The position numbers and the translations under genes were made by a program. From the NCBI GenBank assembly GCA_016198755.1, contig JACQIB010000005.1:48931-112930 (forward strand): DNA of 64,000 nt, given 5' to 3'. The stretch comes from Candidatus Aenigmatarchaeota archaeon (GTDB lineage Archaea > Aenigmatarchaeota > Aenigmatarchaeia > Aenigmatarchaeales > JACQIB01). Positions 14,548 to 23,181 of the stretch are shown here, one piece after another; position 1 is the stretch's first letter; each line of letters starts with the position of its first letter. The notes below the pieces were generated by a model, which saw nothing but the letters and a program-made list of their open reading frames with translations, had not been told where the DNA came from and ran no database searches.

Positions 14548-16892
14548 GGAGCTTTCTTTGCCTGTTCTCTGAACCAGTTTTGCCATAAATTGAAAACCCT
14601 GTCAGCTTCTACAGAACCAACTTCCTGCCTTACTGTTTCTGAGAATCTGTGGAAAGCTTGGTTGCTTGCAACCACTGTAGGGGCTTCCAAAAGGGCTGGC
14701 TTTCCTGTGGCTCCTGCCACGCGCACAATCTCACTCAAAACTTTTGCCCTTAACTGTATATTGTCCCAGACAGAATCCCATCTGCCAGCCCATCCCGGCA
14801 CTCTTTTTGCTATATCGTTCAGTATTTGGCTTTCTCCTGTTAACAGAGTATCTGTTGGTTTTAAAGAATCTGAGCGGGAGTTATATTCTAACAGATTTAC
14901 AAATCCATGTTCTTCAGCAGGATCCTTTGTCCAGTGCTTTCTAACCTCAGTAACTTCTGTTACCCTTCTGAAACTTCTTAATCCATCAGCGCTGCGGATT
15001 TTGTTTGCAACAACAATTAAATCAGTGGCTTTAAAGCTTGTTGCAGGAACTCCTAAATCATTTACAACCCTGTCAAAAACCCCATAAGCGCTTTCCCCGT
15101 GTATAGTTCCGGCAACAACATTTGCTAAAGCTCCAATCCTCATTGCCTCGTACAGGGCTATTGCTTCTCTCGATCTTACCTCGCCAATAAACAGACAGGA
15201 ATCTCCCATTCTAAGAGCTGTTCTGATAGCCTCCTCAGCAGAAAGCTCAAGCTCAACTTTTGTTATAACACTTCTGGATTTCATTCTTTCAACATTATAG
15301 CTCAGCTTTCTCAGAGCCTCTATTGGAAGTTCATAAGTATCCTCAACTGTAATAATTCTGTAATAAGGGATAACCTGCAACATTAAGGAACCGAGTAGAG
15401 AAGTTTTTCCAGAGCCTCTGGTTCCTGCAACTAACAGTGTTCTCCCGTATGTTGTGAAAAACCAGAGCAAACCAGCTGTTAGTGGATCAAAGAAATGGTT
15501 TTGTATAAATAATGGAAATGTCCATGGTTCAAACCTGTGCCTTCTGAAAGCAAAAGCTAATCCTTCCGGTGAAACTCTTGGCCCAATAGCTGCTACTCTT
15601 GCAACACCTCCTGGAACAGATATTTCAGTGTCTAAAACAGGATTTGCCTCGTCTAATGGGCGGCCTGATAAAAGCTTAAATCTTGTTGACCATCTCTCCC
15701 CGTCCTCTTTTGTTGGAATAATATTTGTTTCACATTCATCAAATTCCTGATGTAGAATAAAAAGCGGTTGTTCACCCAATGGGCTGTTTATGTGTATATC
15801 CTGTATCTTTGAGTCTGCAAGCAAAAGCTCCAGTACCCCCAATCCTGTAGTATACCTAGTAAGTATTTGTGCTAACTCTTCAAGTTTTTCCTGTGAAAAG
15901 TTAAACCTGCGCAGGCTTGATATGTCCCTTAAAAGTTCTAGAGAAATAGAATGGAAAATATCCCTCATTTTCTCCTGATCTCTGACCTCAAACTCCTGCG
16001 GCTTTCTCTCCTCCAGAGCCTTCCTTGAATCATCCAGTACAGTATATTCTTCCTCACTCAAAACAAATTCGGGCGGAGTTATCTGGTAAATGGGCCTTAC
16101 TTTTCCAGGAACCTTAAAAATCTCAACTCTTGTTCCCCCGACATTATACTTGTCTATTATTTCCCCGCCTGCCGGAGGTTTTAACACAAACTTTGTAAGC
16201 ATAAAGTTAGGTCTTATTATTGGGTGGAACAGTTTTCTGTATACTGAACGATCCCCTATATGGTAGCCTGTTAAAAAGGGCTGGGCGTTTTTAATTAGGT
16301 CTGTTTTTCCCAAAATTGTTTTTATAGGCTCCAGAACAGCTGATAAATAATGTTCAAGCGCTTTTTTCTCCTTTTCATTTTCTGTTCTTTTCAAAATTAT
16401 TTTTATATGCCTTATTTCCCTTTCGATATCTAAATATCCTCCTATAGGATCCCCCCTCAACTGGACTGAAACAAGTGTATAAAGCCAGCTTTTCCATTTG
16501 TCGAAAAACTTGCCGGAAATGGATTTGTCCAGATTTTCATCTGATATAATTTTTTCCTCCATTACGATCCTGTTTATTGAAGCTGCAATCTGAACAAGCA
16601 TTTTTGTCTGCTCTGGACCATACTCATTTTCCCTCGTTTCTGCCATTACAACGCTTGTTACTTTTCTCTCTGAAAGCAGCTTATCTACTACCCGTGCCAT
16701 GCAAACATCAAAGTCTTCTATGCTGGAGCCAAACAATGCTCCGGAGCAGTTTATCTTCATCCTCCCATCCTTCAGTTCTGTTACCTCATAAACCAAGCCA
16801 AACTCCCCCCTTCTTTTATATATATAGGACAATAAAACTATATTTATCTTTACAGATAAAGGTTTTCCAAATGCCAGAAGTGAATCTTTCAA
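14544..16892 (-). CDS. type II/IV secretion-family assembly ATPase (FlaI/PilB/VirB11-like)
   Basis: Walker A is VAGTRGSGKTSLLGS. The Walker B/Asp-box region is ALRMGDSCLFIGEVRSREA, followed by the His-box-like VVAGTIHGES. The track start at 16892 is TTG and overlaps the divergent + gene. In-frame alternatives are TTG at 16796 and ATG at 16760, so the true start is uncertain. Confidence 0.9.
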   Translation of the reverse strand: MKDSLLAFGKPLSVKINIVLLSYIYKRRGEFGLVYEVTELKDGRMKINCSGALFGSSIEDFDVCMARVVDKLLSERKVTSVVMAETRENEYGPEQTKMLVQIAASINRIVMEEKIISDENLDKSISGKFFDKWKSWLYTLVSVQLRGDPIGGYLDIEREIRHIKIILKRTENEKEKKALEHYLSAVLEPIKTILGKTDLIKNAQPFLTGYHIGDRSVYRKLFHPIIRPNFMLTKFVLKPPAGGEIIDKYNVGGTRVEIFKVPGKVRPIYQITPPEFVLSEEEYTVLDDSRKALEERKPQEFEVRDQEKMRDIFHSISLELLRDISSLRRFNFSQEKLEELAQILTRYTTGLGVLELLLADSKIQDIHINSPLGEQPLFILHQEFDECETNIIPTKEDGERWSTRFKLLSGRPLDEANPVLDTEISVPGGVARVAAIGPRVSPEGLAFAFRRHRFEPWTFPLFIQNHFFDPLTAGLLWFFTTYGRTLLVAGTRGSGKTSLLGSLMLQVIPYYRIITVEDTYELPIEALRKLSYNVERMKSRSVITKVELELSAEEAIRTALRMGDSCLFIGEVRSREAIALYEAMRIGALANVVAGTIHGESAYGVFDRVVNDLGVPATSFKATDLIVVANKIRSADGLRSFRRVTEVTEVRKHWTKDPAEEHGFVNLLEYNSRSDSLKPTDTLLTGESQILNDIAKRVPGWAGRWDSVWDNIQLRAKVLSEIVRVAGATGKPALLEAPTVVASNQAFHRFSETVRQEVGSVEADRVFNLWQNWFREQAKKAP
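16814..16846. promoter_or_regulatory. putative bidirectional promoter (two TATA-like boxes)
   Basis: ttttatatatata (16814-16826) lies about 20-25 nt upstream of the in-frame TTG at 16796 of the ATPase on the minus strand. tatattta (16839-16846) lies 25-32 nt upstream of the ATG at 16871 on the plus strand. Confidence 0.35.
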
Positions 16893-17212
16893 CAGTGCTG
16901 AACGAGGCTTTTAGGAGGCTTAATGAAGCTTCCAGAAGATTGAGAGCTTCTGAAGAGAGGTATGATGTTCTTGAAACAAGGCTGGAAGGGCTGCAAAATA
17001 CAATGCTTAAAATCAGCGATGAGCTTTCAGGGAAGATAGAGAAAAGTTCAGGGGAACAGAAGGATTTTGAAGCAAGGTTAGTTAGGATAGAAGCAGATCT
17101 TACAAAAATTGGGCAGGCTATGGAAAAGAGCGCAAAATCCTCTGATTTGGAGGAGTTAAAGAATCTTGTGGAGCTTTATTCCCCGTTTAAAGAAAAGAGA
17201 AAGAGTGATTGA
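16871..17212 (+). CDS. small coiled-coil protein, unknown function
   Basis: The track ORF 16577..17212 is mostly antisense to the ATPase. The ATG at 16871 gives 113 aa (MPEVNLSTVLNEAFRRLNEASRRLRASEERYDVLETRLEGLQN...) with heptad-like E/K/L-rich composition. Confidence 0.6.
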   Translation: MPEVNLSTVLNEAFRRLNEASRRLRASEERYDVLETRLEGLQNTMLKISDELSGKIEKSSGEQKDFEARLVRIEADLTKIGQAMEKSAKSSDLEELKNLVELYSPFKEKRKSD

Positions 17213-17213
17213 A

Positions 17214-17861
17214 ATGGCAGAGAAAAGAGTTTTCATACCAATTGATCTGGCTAAAAAACTGGCTGGGGAAGGGAAAAATGAGGGGGATATTATTGAGGAA
17301 TTAAAGAAAAGGGGATTTACACCCTTCCAGATTGACAATGCTCTGAAAGCAGCGCTGAAAGATGCTGTTGTTCCAAAAAGGCCTTATGTTTCAACCTTAC
17401 CCCCGCCTCAGGAAAGTATTCCAATGGCTGAATCTGAAACACCTGTGAACGTTGCAGGCGTTGAAAAGCCTTCTGAAGGCTATCCTCCAGAGAAGATTTT
17501 AATTCCTGAAAAGCTCCAGCCATTAGCTCCACCTGGGGAAAGGCCTCCTGCAATGGACGAGACAAAGCCCAGCGCGGGCGAAGTAACAGTAGAGGAACTT
17601 GTAGAGTCTGTTGTTGAGGAGAGATGGCAGGGAATGGCTGAAAAAATCGGTGCTTTTTTGAACAAGGAAGAATCTATAGCTTCTGAGTTAAAGTCCCTTA
17701 GGGAAAAAATAGAGGATGTTTCATCAGCAGAAAAGGCAACAGATTCTACTCTTTCACAGCAGATAGACCAGTTTTCCTCAGACCATGGGAAACTAGAAAC
17801 CCGCCTAAAAGCTCTTGAAAAGGCTTTTAAAGAATTTGCAGAATGGTCAAGGAAGAAATAA
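17214..17861 (+). CDS. protein with small N-terminal helical domain, Pro-rich linker and C-terminal coiled coil
   Basis: The ATG at 17214 lies 1 nt after the previous stop. Sequence: MAEKRVFIPIDLAKKLAGEGKNEGDIIEELKKRGFTPFQIDNALKAALKD, then a P-rich stretch (PPPQESIP...PPGERPPAMDE), then a coiled coil (LKSLREKIEDVSSAEK...LKALEKAFKEF). Confidence 0.7.
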   Translation: MAEKRVFIPIDLAKKLAGEGKNEGDIIEELKKRGFTPFQIDNALKAALKDAVVPKRPYVSTLPPPQESIPMAESETPVNVAGVEKPSEGYPPEKILIPEKLQPLAPPGERPPAMDETKPSAGEVTVEELVESVVEERWQGMAEKIGAFLNKEESIASELKSLREKIEDVSSAEKATDSTLSQQIDQFSSDHGKLETRLKALEKAFKEFAEWSRKK

Positions 17862-18374
17862 CTACTGACGCTGCTGTGGGGGCCCTTCCTGTTTCTCCTT
17901 TCCTTCCATTACCATCCATATTATAGCAACTATTATTACAATGAAGAAGAATAATGTTACATTTGCCTGCCCAGAAATATCTATTTGAGGGAATCCAATA
18001 AGCTGTAGCCCGCCTGCTCCAACGAAAACAAGCACTGCTATTATCACAAGAGCTGCAGCAAAATATACTTCGTACTTTTTAATCAGCGTCCCGCCCTTTC
18101 CAATTCCAGCTATTTCTAAAAATACCAACAAAATGAGTATTCCCAATACAACCATTACAAGAGCTGAAGATAGTTTTGAAAGGAAGCTAATTATTTCTGT
18201 GGGAGCTGAAAAAATAACCAAAAACCCTACAACTATAGAGATTATTGCACGTGCAGCATTTGATTGCGGAAGCTTTACTTGATGTAAAACTCCGTAAACT
18301 ATTGCAAAGCTCAAAAGCCAGAGCAGTATCTCTGGAAACCCTAAATTTTGTAATGTTGATAAAAATTCAGCCAT
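17862..18374 (-). CDS. membrane protein, paralog 1 of a tandem triplet
   Basis: The ATG at 18374 (track start is GTG at 18383) has GGTGG upstream. Sequence: MAEFLSTLQNLGFPEILLWLLSFAIVYGVLHQVKLPQSNAARAIISIVVGFLVIFSAP.... 4-5 TM segments. Its stop abuts the stop of the convergent + gene with no gap. Confidence 0.75.
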   Translation of the reverse strand: MAEFLSTLQNLGFPEILLWLLSFAIVYGVLHQVKLPQSNAARAIISIVVGFLVIFSAPTEIISFLSKLSSALVMVVLGILILLVFLEIAGIGKGGTLIKKYEVYFAAALVIIAVLVFVGAGGLQLIGFPQIDISGQANVTLFFFIVIIVAIIWMVMEGKEKQEGPPQQRQ

Positions 18375-18386
18375 TTTTTCCACCTA

Positions 18387-18899
18387 TTATTTTTTATCCC
18401 CGCCTGGCATACCTTCTTTGTACATAAACCAGAAGGCAACCGCGATTATTATTGCGAAAATTACTATCGCAACAAGTGTATCAGATATTTCTGGAACAGA
18501 GATATTTATAACACTCAACCCGCCTGCTCCAATGAAAACAGAGAGAAGAATAAGCAAAATAATGCCTCCGAAGAACTTTGGATGTGCCATGAAAATATGG
18601 GTTCCGCCTGTTTTAACCTGTCCTATCTCAAGGAAGATTACAGCAACTAACAGTCCAACAGCAATCAATACTCCAGCTACCACAAGGTTCTGGAGGAAAG
18701 CTACAGCTGGGGAAGCTGCTGATGCTAAAAGAACAAGGAAAGCAGCTGAAAGTGCAATTACCCCTTTTGCAGTGTTTGACTGGGGTATTTTTGCATGGTG
18801 TAACATCCCATAAACAACAGCTAAAGTAAGCAGCCAGAGTAAAACCAAAGGGGCTCCAGCATCCCTCAAAATCACAATCATATCTTCAATTCCTGCCAT
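18387..18899 (-). CDS. membrane protein, paralog 2 of a tandem triplet
   Basis: ATG at 18899. MAGIEDMIVILRDAGAPLVLLWLLTLAVVYGMLHHAKIPQSNTAKGVIALSAAFLVLLASA... is colinear with paralog 1. Confidence 0.75.
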   Translation of the reverse strand: MAGIEDMIVILRDAGAPLVLLWLLTLAVVYGMLHHAKIPQSNTAKGVIALSAAFLVLLASAASPAVAFLQNLVVAGVLIAVGLLVAVIFLEIGQVKTGGTHIFMAHPKFFGGIILLILLSVFIGAGGLSVINISVPEISDTLVAIVIFAIIIAVAFWFMYKEGMPGGDKK

Positions 18900-18937
18900 T
18901 TTAACCAATCCTATTTTGCCTCCTATTTATTTAAAGC

Positions 18938-19414
18938 TCAGCCTGCCTGCTTGGGATCGTACTTATAGGCTATCCAAAAGATGAAAAATATTAAGACCAG
19001 CCCTATAATAAAGGCCAAGTTCTGCGAACCTATACTGGGTATGTTTGGAACAGCTGTTATTCCAACCATAAGGAAAGCAATGAAAGCCAACCCTACAACA
19101 ATGAGGGTGAAAGGCTCAACCTTTTCTTTCCCAGTCTTATCCTTTCCTATCCCCAAAGCTTTTGCAAGGAAAATTATAAAGAAAAATACAACAAAAAACC
19201 ATGCTAAACCCGGTAGGATTTGAAAGAAGGTTGTTGTAAAAGCACTGTTAGTAGCAGCAAAGAGAGCTATTCCCAAAGCTACAACAGCATTAACAGGCTT
19301 GCTTTTTAAAACTCCAGCAGTCTGCAGAATCCCGAAAACAATTGCAAAAACAAGGACAAAAGGCAGGTAAAAGGTTTGGTCTAATAAATTAAATGGTAAG
19401 CTGAATTCTGCCAT
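18938..19414 (-). CDS. membrane protein, paralog 3 of a tandem triplet
   Basis: ATG at 19414. MAEFSLPFNLLDQTFYLPFVLVFAIVFGILQTAGVLKSKPVNAVVALGIALFAATNSA... is a more diverged copy. Confidence 0.7.
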   Translation of the reverse strand: MAEFSLPFNLLDQTFYLPFVLVFAIVFGILQTAGVLKSKPVNAVVALGIALFAATNSAFTTTFFQILPGLAWFFVVFFFIIFLAKALGIGKDKTGKEKVEPFTLIVVGLAFIAFLMVGITAVPNIPSIGSQNLAFIIGLVLIFFIFWIAYKYDPKQAG

Positions 19415-19422
19415 ATAAACCA

Positions 19423-20055
19423 CTAAACAAATTCCTTTGACCTTTCTAGTTCGCGTATCTTAGCTTCTAAATCAGCTTTCCTGAGCCTCCATGCATTTCT
19501 GGACTCTTCTAATGCCCTTCTCTCATCTCCGGCTTTAGTGGCCGAATAGGCTATATTCAACTCTCTCATCTTCTCATCACATACAATTATATCACTCTTC
19601 AGCCTGTCAATAACCTTTCCCTGCTCCCTTCTAGACCATATTTTTCCACCCGCTTTTTCCAGCAACATGCCTCTGGCCGCAGTTGTTGAAGGGTGTAATA
19701 TCTTAGGTAGCATAAAAATAACCAAGCTGGTTCCAACAGTTACGAGCATCCAGAACTGGGCTGCCGAAGCTATAAATGCGTACCAACCATTCCAGATAAC
19801 AAAAATGTAAAATGCAAAAGACATTAAGAGTCCCAGACCTTTATGACCGGTTCCTATTCTACTATATACTATAAAGAGCCACAAAACTATGACTATATGT
19901 GGGAAGAAAAGCAAATTCAATAAATCTGATGTCATATCTCCGGTTGGCTGAATCTTTAGAATCCCGAAAATTAACTCTGCAATATTGACTTGAGACAGGT
20001 CTGGAATGTTAATATTGGGGAGTGTTCCGGCCCCTATCTGAAAGAGTGGAAACAT
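19423..20055 (-). CDS. membrane protein with cytoplasmic C-terminal coiled coil
   Basis: 210 aa with about 3 TM segments (FFPHIVIVLWLFIVY, GLLMSFAFYIFVIW, FWMLVTVGTSLVIFML), then ...RRALEESRNAWRLRKADLEAKIRELERSKEFV. Confidence 0.75.
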   Translation of the reverse strand: MFPLFQIGAGTLPNINIPDLSQVNIAELIFGILKIQPTGDMTSDLLNLLFFPHIVIVLWLFIVYSRIGTGHKGLGLLMSFAFYIFVIWNGWYAFIASAAQFWMLVTVGTSLVIFMLPKILHPSTTAARGMLLEKAGGKIWSRREQGKVIDRLKSDIIVCDEKMRELNIAYSATKAGDERRALEESRNAWRLRKADLEAKIRELERSKEFV

Positions 20056-20085
20056 AAGAATTATTCATGAGCTATACTTATAAGC

Positions 20086-21528
20086 TTACTCTTTCTTTTC
20101 ATCATCAACTGGTGTTGATGTAACCTCTATTGGCTTATCTTCTGCTTTATCTGGAAGAATATATGTGAAAGAATCTGCGGCACCCTTTCCACCCTGAACT
20201 TTTGTCTTGCCCCTGAAAAATTTCCCAATTGGAAGAGAACCAGGTTTTAGCAACTCGGCTCTTTTCTGTATATAGGCAACAACAGTGGCATCTGTAAGCT
20301 CCCCGGCTTTTCTCGCCTCGTCCACATCCCTTCTTGCCTGATCAAGTGTTAATCTCAACCCTGCAACATCGCGACCAACTTCATCTAACATACCCTGCTT
20401 TACAGTAGCATCATTTTCTGCAGCCTCTGCCCTCTTTCTCAGCTCTTCAACCCCTATTAACAGGGTTTCCCTGTCTGAAGGTGCTGCCTGAGCTTGCTGT
20501 ACTATTTTATCTGCCTCTGCTTTCACTCTTTCTGCTGCAGCTGCCCTTTCCTCTGCAGTTTTCATGGCAGCCTCTAAAACTTCCCTCCTCCGCTGCATAT
20601 CACCCTCCTGATCAACAATTCTTGCTTCCCTCAGATTGAGCGCATCTGCTATTGCTTTGTATTTTACAGAATTTTCATCTTCAACAGCCTTGAGACCAGC
20701 CTTTTCTTTCTCCAACGCCAGCCTTTGCTGTTCTATGTCTTTTTCTTTCCTGCTAACCATATCAAGTTCAGCTGCAAGAGCAGCAGTTCCAAGCTGCCTC
20801 TCCTTTTCTCTATCTTGATATGCTGTCTCTTCTGTCCTTAGCTTGTCATCCCTTTCTTTCAAACTATCTTCAAGCTCTCTGTATTGAACCCAGCGCTGCC
20901 CCAGTTCCTTTGAACTTGCATCTATATCTGTTCTCTTGGCTTCTAGAGCTCTTGAAGTAGACTCAAATGTTTCTTTTGCCTGCTTAAGTTCTTCTTTCTC
21001 CTTATCAATCCTAGCTCTTTCTTCATCTATTTGTGCCTTTTCCCCAGCCAGTTCATTGTCTTTCTCTTTCATGCGCGCTGAGGTCTCTGTATTAAACCTT
21101 ATGTGCTCCTGAAGTTCTGACATTTGTGAATCATACCTGACTTCCCTTCCTGTTAGATTTTCCTCCCTTGCTCTCAAATCCCTCTCAACACTTCTCAGAT
21201 GATTCTGGGCTGCCTTTATCTCATCTTCTCTGGCTTTAACTCCATACCTGCTGTTCTTTAGAACATCTGCTTCCTCTCTGAGTGCAGCAGCATATTCCCT
21301 CAAAAACCAGGTTGTTGCATCCCTTTCTAAATTATTTCTTGTTTCTTGGGTACCTATGGGATCTGCAGTCCTGTAGTGAGAAATAATATCAGCAAACTGC
21401 CTATATGCCTTATCACTTAAGCCCTCTACTTCCGGAAGTCCAAATTTTGATGTTATATGAGTGTAAAGGCTTTGAGCTGCTTTTATGTCCTTTTCTGCTC
21501 CGGCTGCCCTTGGATCATCATTTATCAT
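20086..21528 (-). CDS. long coiled-coil protein with about 85-aa N-terminal globular module
   Basis: 480 aa. Residues ~100-400 are continuous E/K/R/A-rich heptad-like sequence. The N-terminal module (AAQSLYTHITSKFGLPE...ERDATTWFLREY) resembles that of the next gene. Confidence 0.8.
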   Translation of the reverse strand: MINDDPRAAGAEKDIKAAQSLYTHITSKFGLPEVEGLSDKAYRQFADIISHYRTADPIGTQETRNNLERDATTWFLREYAAALREEADVLKNSRYGVKAREDEIKAAQNHLRSVERDLRAREENLTGREVRYDSQMSELQEHIRFNTETSARMKEKDNELAGEKAQIDEERARIDKEKEELKQAKETFESTSRALEAKRTDIDASSKELGQRWVQYRELEDSLKERDDKLRTEETAYQDREKERQLGTAALAAELDMVSRKEKDIEQQRLALEKEKAGLKAVEDENSVKYKAIADALNLREARIVDQEGDMQRRREVLEAAMKTAEERAAAAERVKAEADKIVQQAQAAPSDRETLLIGVEELRKRAEAAENDATVKQGMLDEVGRDVAGLRLTLDQARRDVDEARKAGELTDATVVAYIQKRAELLKPGSLPIGKFFRGKTKVQGGKGAADSFTYILPDKAEDKPIEVTSTPVDDEKKE

Positions 21529-21551
21529 ATTTTATCACTGAATATTAAAAC

Positions 21552-23150
21552 TTAAATACTACCCCATCTTGCATATGGATCATCATCTGTTGGATTAATC
21601 TCTCCTGGTGTTCCACCGTTTCTTTTATGAGGCACTACAGCTGGTTCTACTTCCAACGCTGGCTCCTGTTCTAAAGGCGGAGCTGATGGTGGCTCAGCGA
21701 AAGATACTGGTGGATATGGAACCGATCTTGGTCTAAATGGAACTGGTCCTGGTCTCCATGCTGGAGGTGGCTGTATAGGCCGTGAACCCTCTTCTACTTG
21801 TCCAAATGAAGCAGGCAATGGCTCCTCTCTTCCAGCTCGTTCCCCTTCTCCATATGCCCATGGTGGAGGTGGTGGAACAGGAGATTGTACTGGTTCATCA
21901 TACTGAGATGGTGAATATGGTGGTGGCTCTCGAGGAGGAGCGAGTAATGGAATTGACTGTACTGGAGATTTTGGAGTCTCCGGAGGCGGAGGAATTGGTG
22001 ATTTGCGTCGTGATAAATAGTATCCTAAACCAGCTCTCATTCTCCCTGCCCCGACTCCCATTTTATATAGGCCATCACTTGCATACCTTCTAGCAGACCT
22101 TCTTGCTGATTTTGCAGGTTTATTTGCTTCTTTTACACTATTCGCTAAGCTCTTTATCCCATCTAAAGTGTCAATCTCTTTGTTAGCCCATTCTTTTATG
22201 CGTTCCAATCTATTATTGTCTCCATAAAAAATAACACGATATCCAGGAGGAGAATTTTTGGAGATATCCATCGGAACTTTTCCTTTGAGACTCGAAATTG
22301 TTGTTACTGCCCTTTCATCAATTGCAGTGCTATTACGTATCAGGTGATTTACTGCAGCCTCTACTTGGGCTTTGCTGCCGTAAAATCTTCCTCTCATAAC
22401 TCTGCCTGTTTTAAGAGGCTTTGTAAGATCTGTTTTTTTCATTAAATATTCAGCAGCTCCGGATTTTGGTATTAGAATAGCTGACCCGTCACTTCCGTAG
22501 TATGCGTTTGCTTCCCTACCTGGTTGAAATTCATAAGTAACTTTTTCTTTCTTAGGCTTTTGTGTTTTTCCAGGTTTAATTACTATAACAACCTCATCAT
22601 CCGCATTTCCGGATTGAGGAATACTGTTACCTGACTCCCGTATATTAAATACCCCACCAATTGGAGTATAAGGCGATTCCCCTCTGAACCAACTTCTTGG
22701 TTTTCCGGTAGTAACTGGTGCTTGTCCGAAAGAAGATGGAACTGTTATGGGCGGAACTCCAGTAACCGGTTCATCTGAACCAGATGCACCGCTGGGTGAA
22801 AGATACCCAGGTCCTTTAACATCCGGAGTAGAAGAAGGTGGTGACGCTGTAGAACTTCCCCCAGCCCTCGATTTGGCTGGATTATAAAAAGTATCCATAA
22901 ACCAGTTGTATGCTGCATCAGCCTCTTCCCTTGAAATTTCTTTGAATCTTCCAGGATCTCCCATTACACGTGTGTCGACCCTTCTTACAGTAGATGATAA
23001 TACAGCTAAAACGTCTTTCTCAGGTATTCCGTATTCTTTAACATCGCTCTCAAGAACTCCTGCCCTCCTTAATATGGATTTGTATAGAGTTCTGGCTCCC
23101 TGCATATCTGGACTTTCTGGAGGCGGTGTTGGTTTTTTGAATATTCCCAT
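21552..23150 (-). CDS. modular protein: shared N-terminal module, central module, Pro-rich C-terminus
   Basis: 532 aa. The N-terminus has GARTLYKSILRRAGVLE...EADAAYNWFMDTFY. The centre has PKSGAAEYLMKKTD...SLKGKVPMD. The C-terminal ~130 aa are about one third Pro (PPPPETPKSP...PPPPPWAYGE...PPPAWRPGPVPFRP). Confidence 0.8.
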   Translation of the reverse strand: MGIFKKPTPPPESPDMQGARTLYKSILRRAGVLESDVKEYGIPEKDVLAVLSSTVRRVDTRVMGDPGRFKEISREEADAAYNWFMDTFYNPAKSRAGGSSTASPPSSTPDVKGPGYLSPSGASGSDEPVTGVPPITVPSSFGQAPVTTGKPRSWFRGESPYTPIGGVFNIRESGNSIPQSGNADDEVVIVIKPGKTQKPKKEKVTYEFQPGREANAYYGSDGSAILIPKSGAAEYLMKKTDLTKPLKTGRVMRGRFYGSKAQVEAAVNHLIRNSTAIDERAVTTISSLKGKVPMDISKNSPPGYRVIFYGDNNRLERIKEWANKEIDTLDGIKSLANSVKEANKPAKSARRSARRYASDGLYKMGVGAGRMRAGLGYYLSRRKSPIPPPPETPKSPVQSIPLLAPPREPPPYSPSQYDEPVQSPVPPPPPWAYGEGERAGREEPLPASFGQVEEGSRPIQPPPAWRPGPVPFRPRSVPYPPVSFAEPPSAPPLEQEPALEVEPAVVPHKRNGGTPGEINPTDDDPYARWGSI

Positions 23151-23181
23151 ATTTTATCACTGAATAGTAAACCTTAAATAC

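Noticed and set aside
16577-16870. Long N-terminal extension of the plus-strand ORF 16577..17212
   Set aside because: The extension runs antisense through the ATPase N-terminal coding region and across the TATA-rich promoter block. The coiled-coil sequence only begins at the ATG at 16871.
21782-22093. Plus-strand 103-aa ORF within the Pro-rich gene, and similar antisense ORFs at 20636..20818, 22906..23163, 24836..25150, 25176..25436 and 25746..25937
   Set aside because: They are antisense shadows of repetitive or Pro-rich coding sequence on the minus strand. The minus-strand genes have clean ATG and SD contexts and operon spacing.
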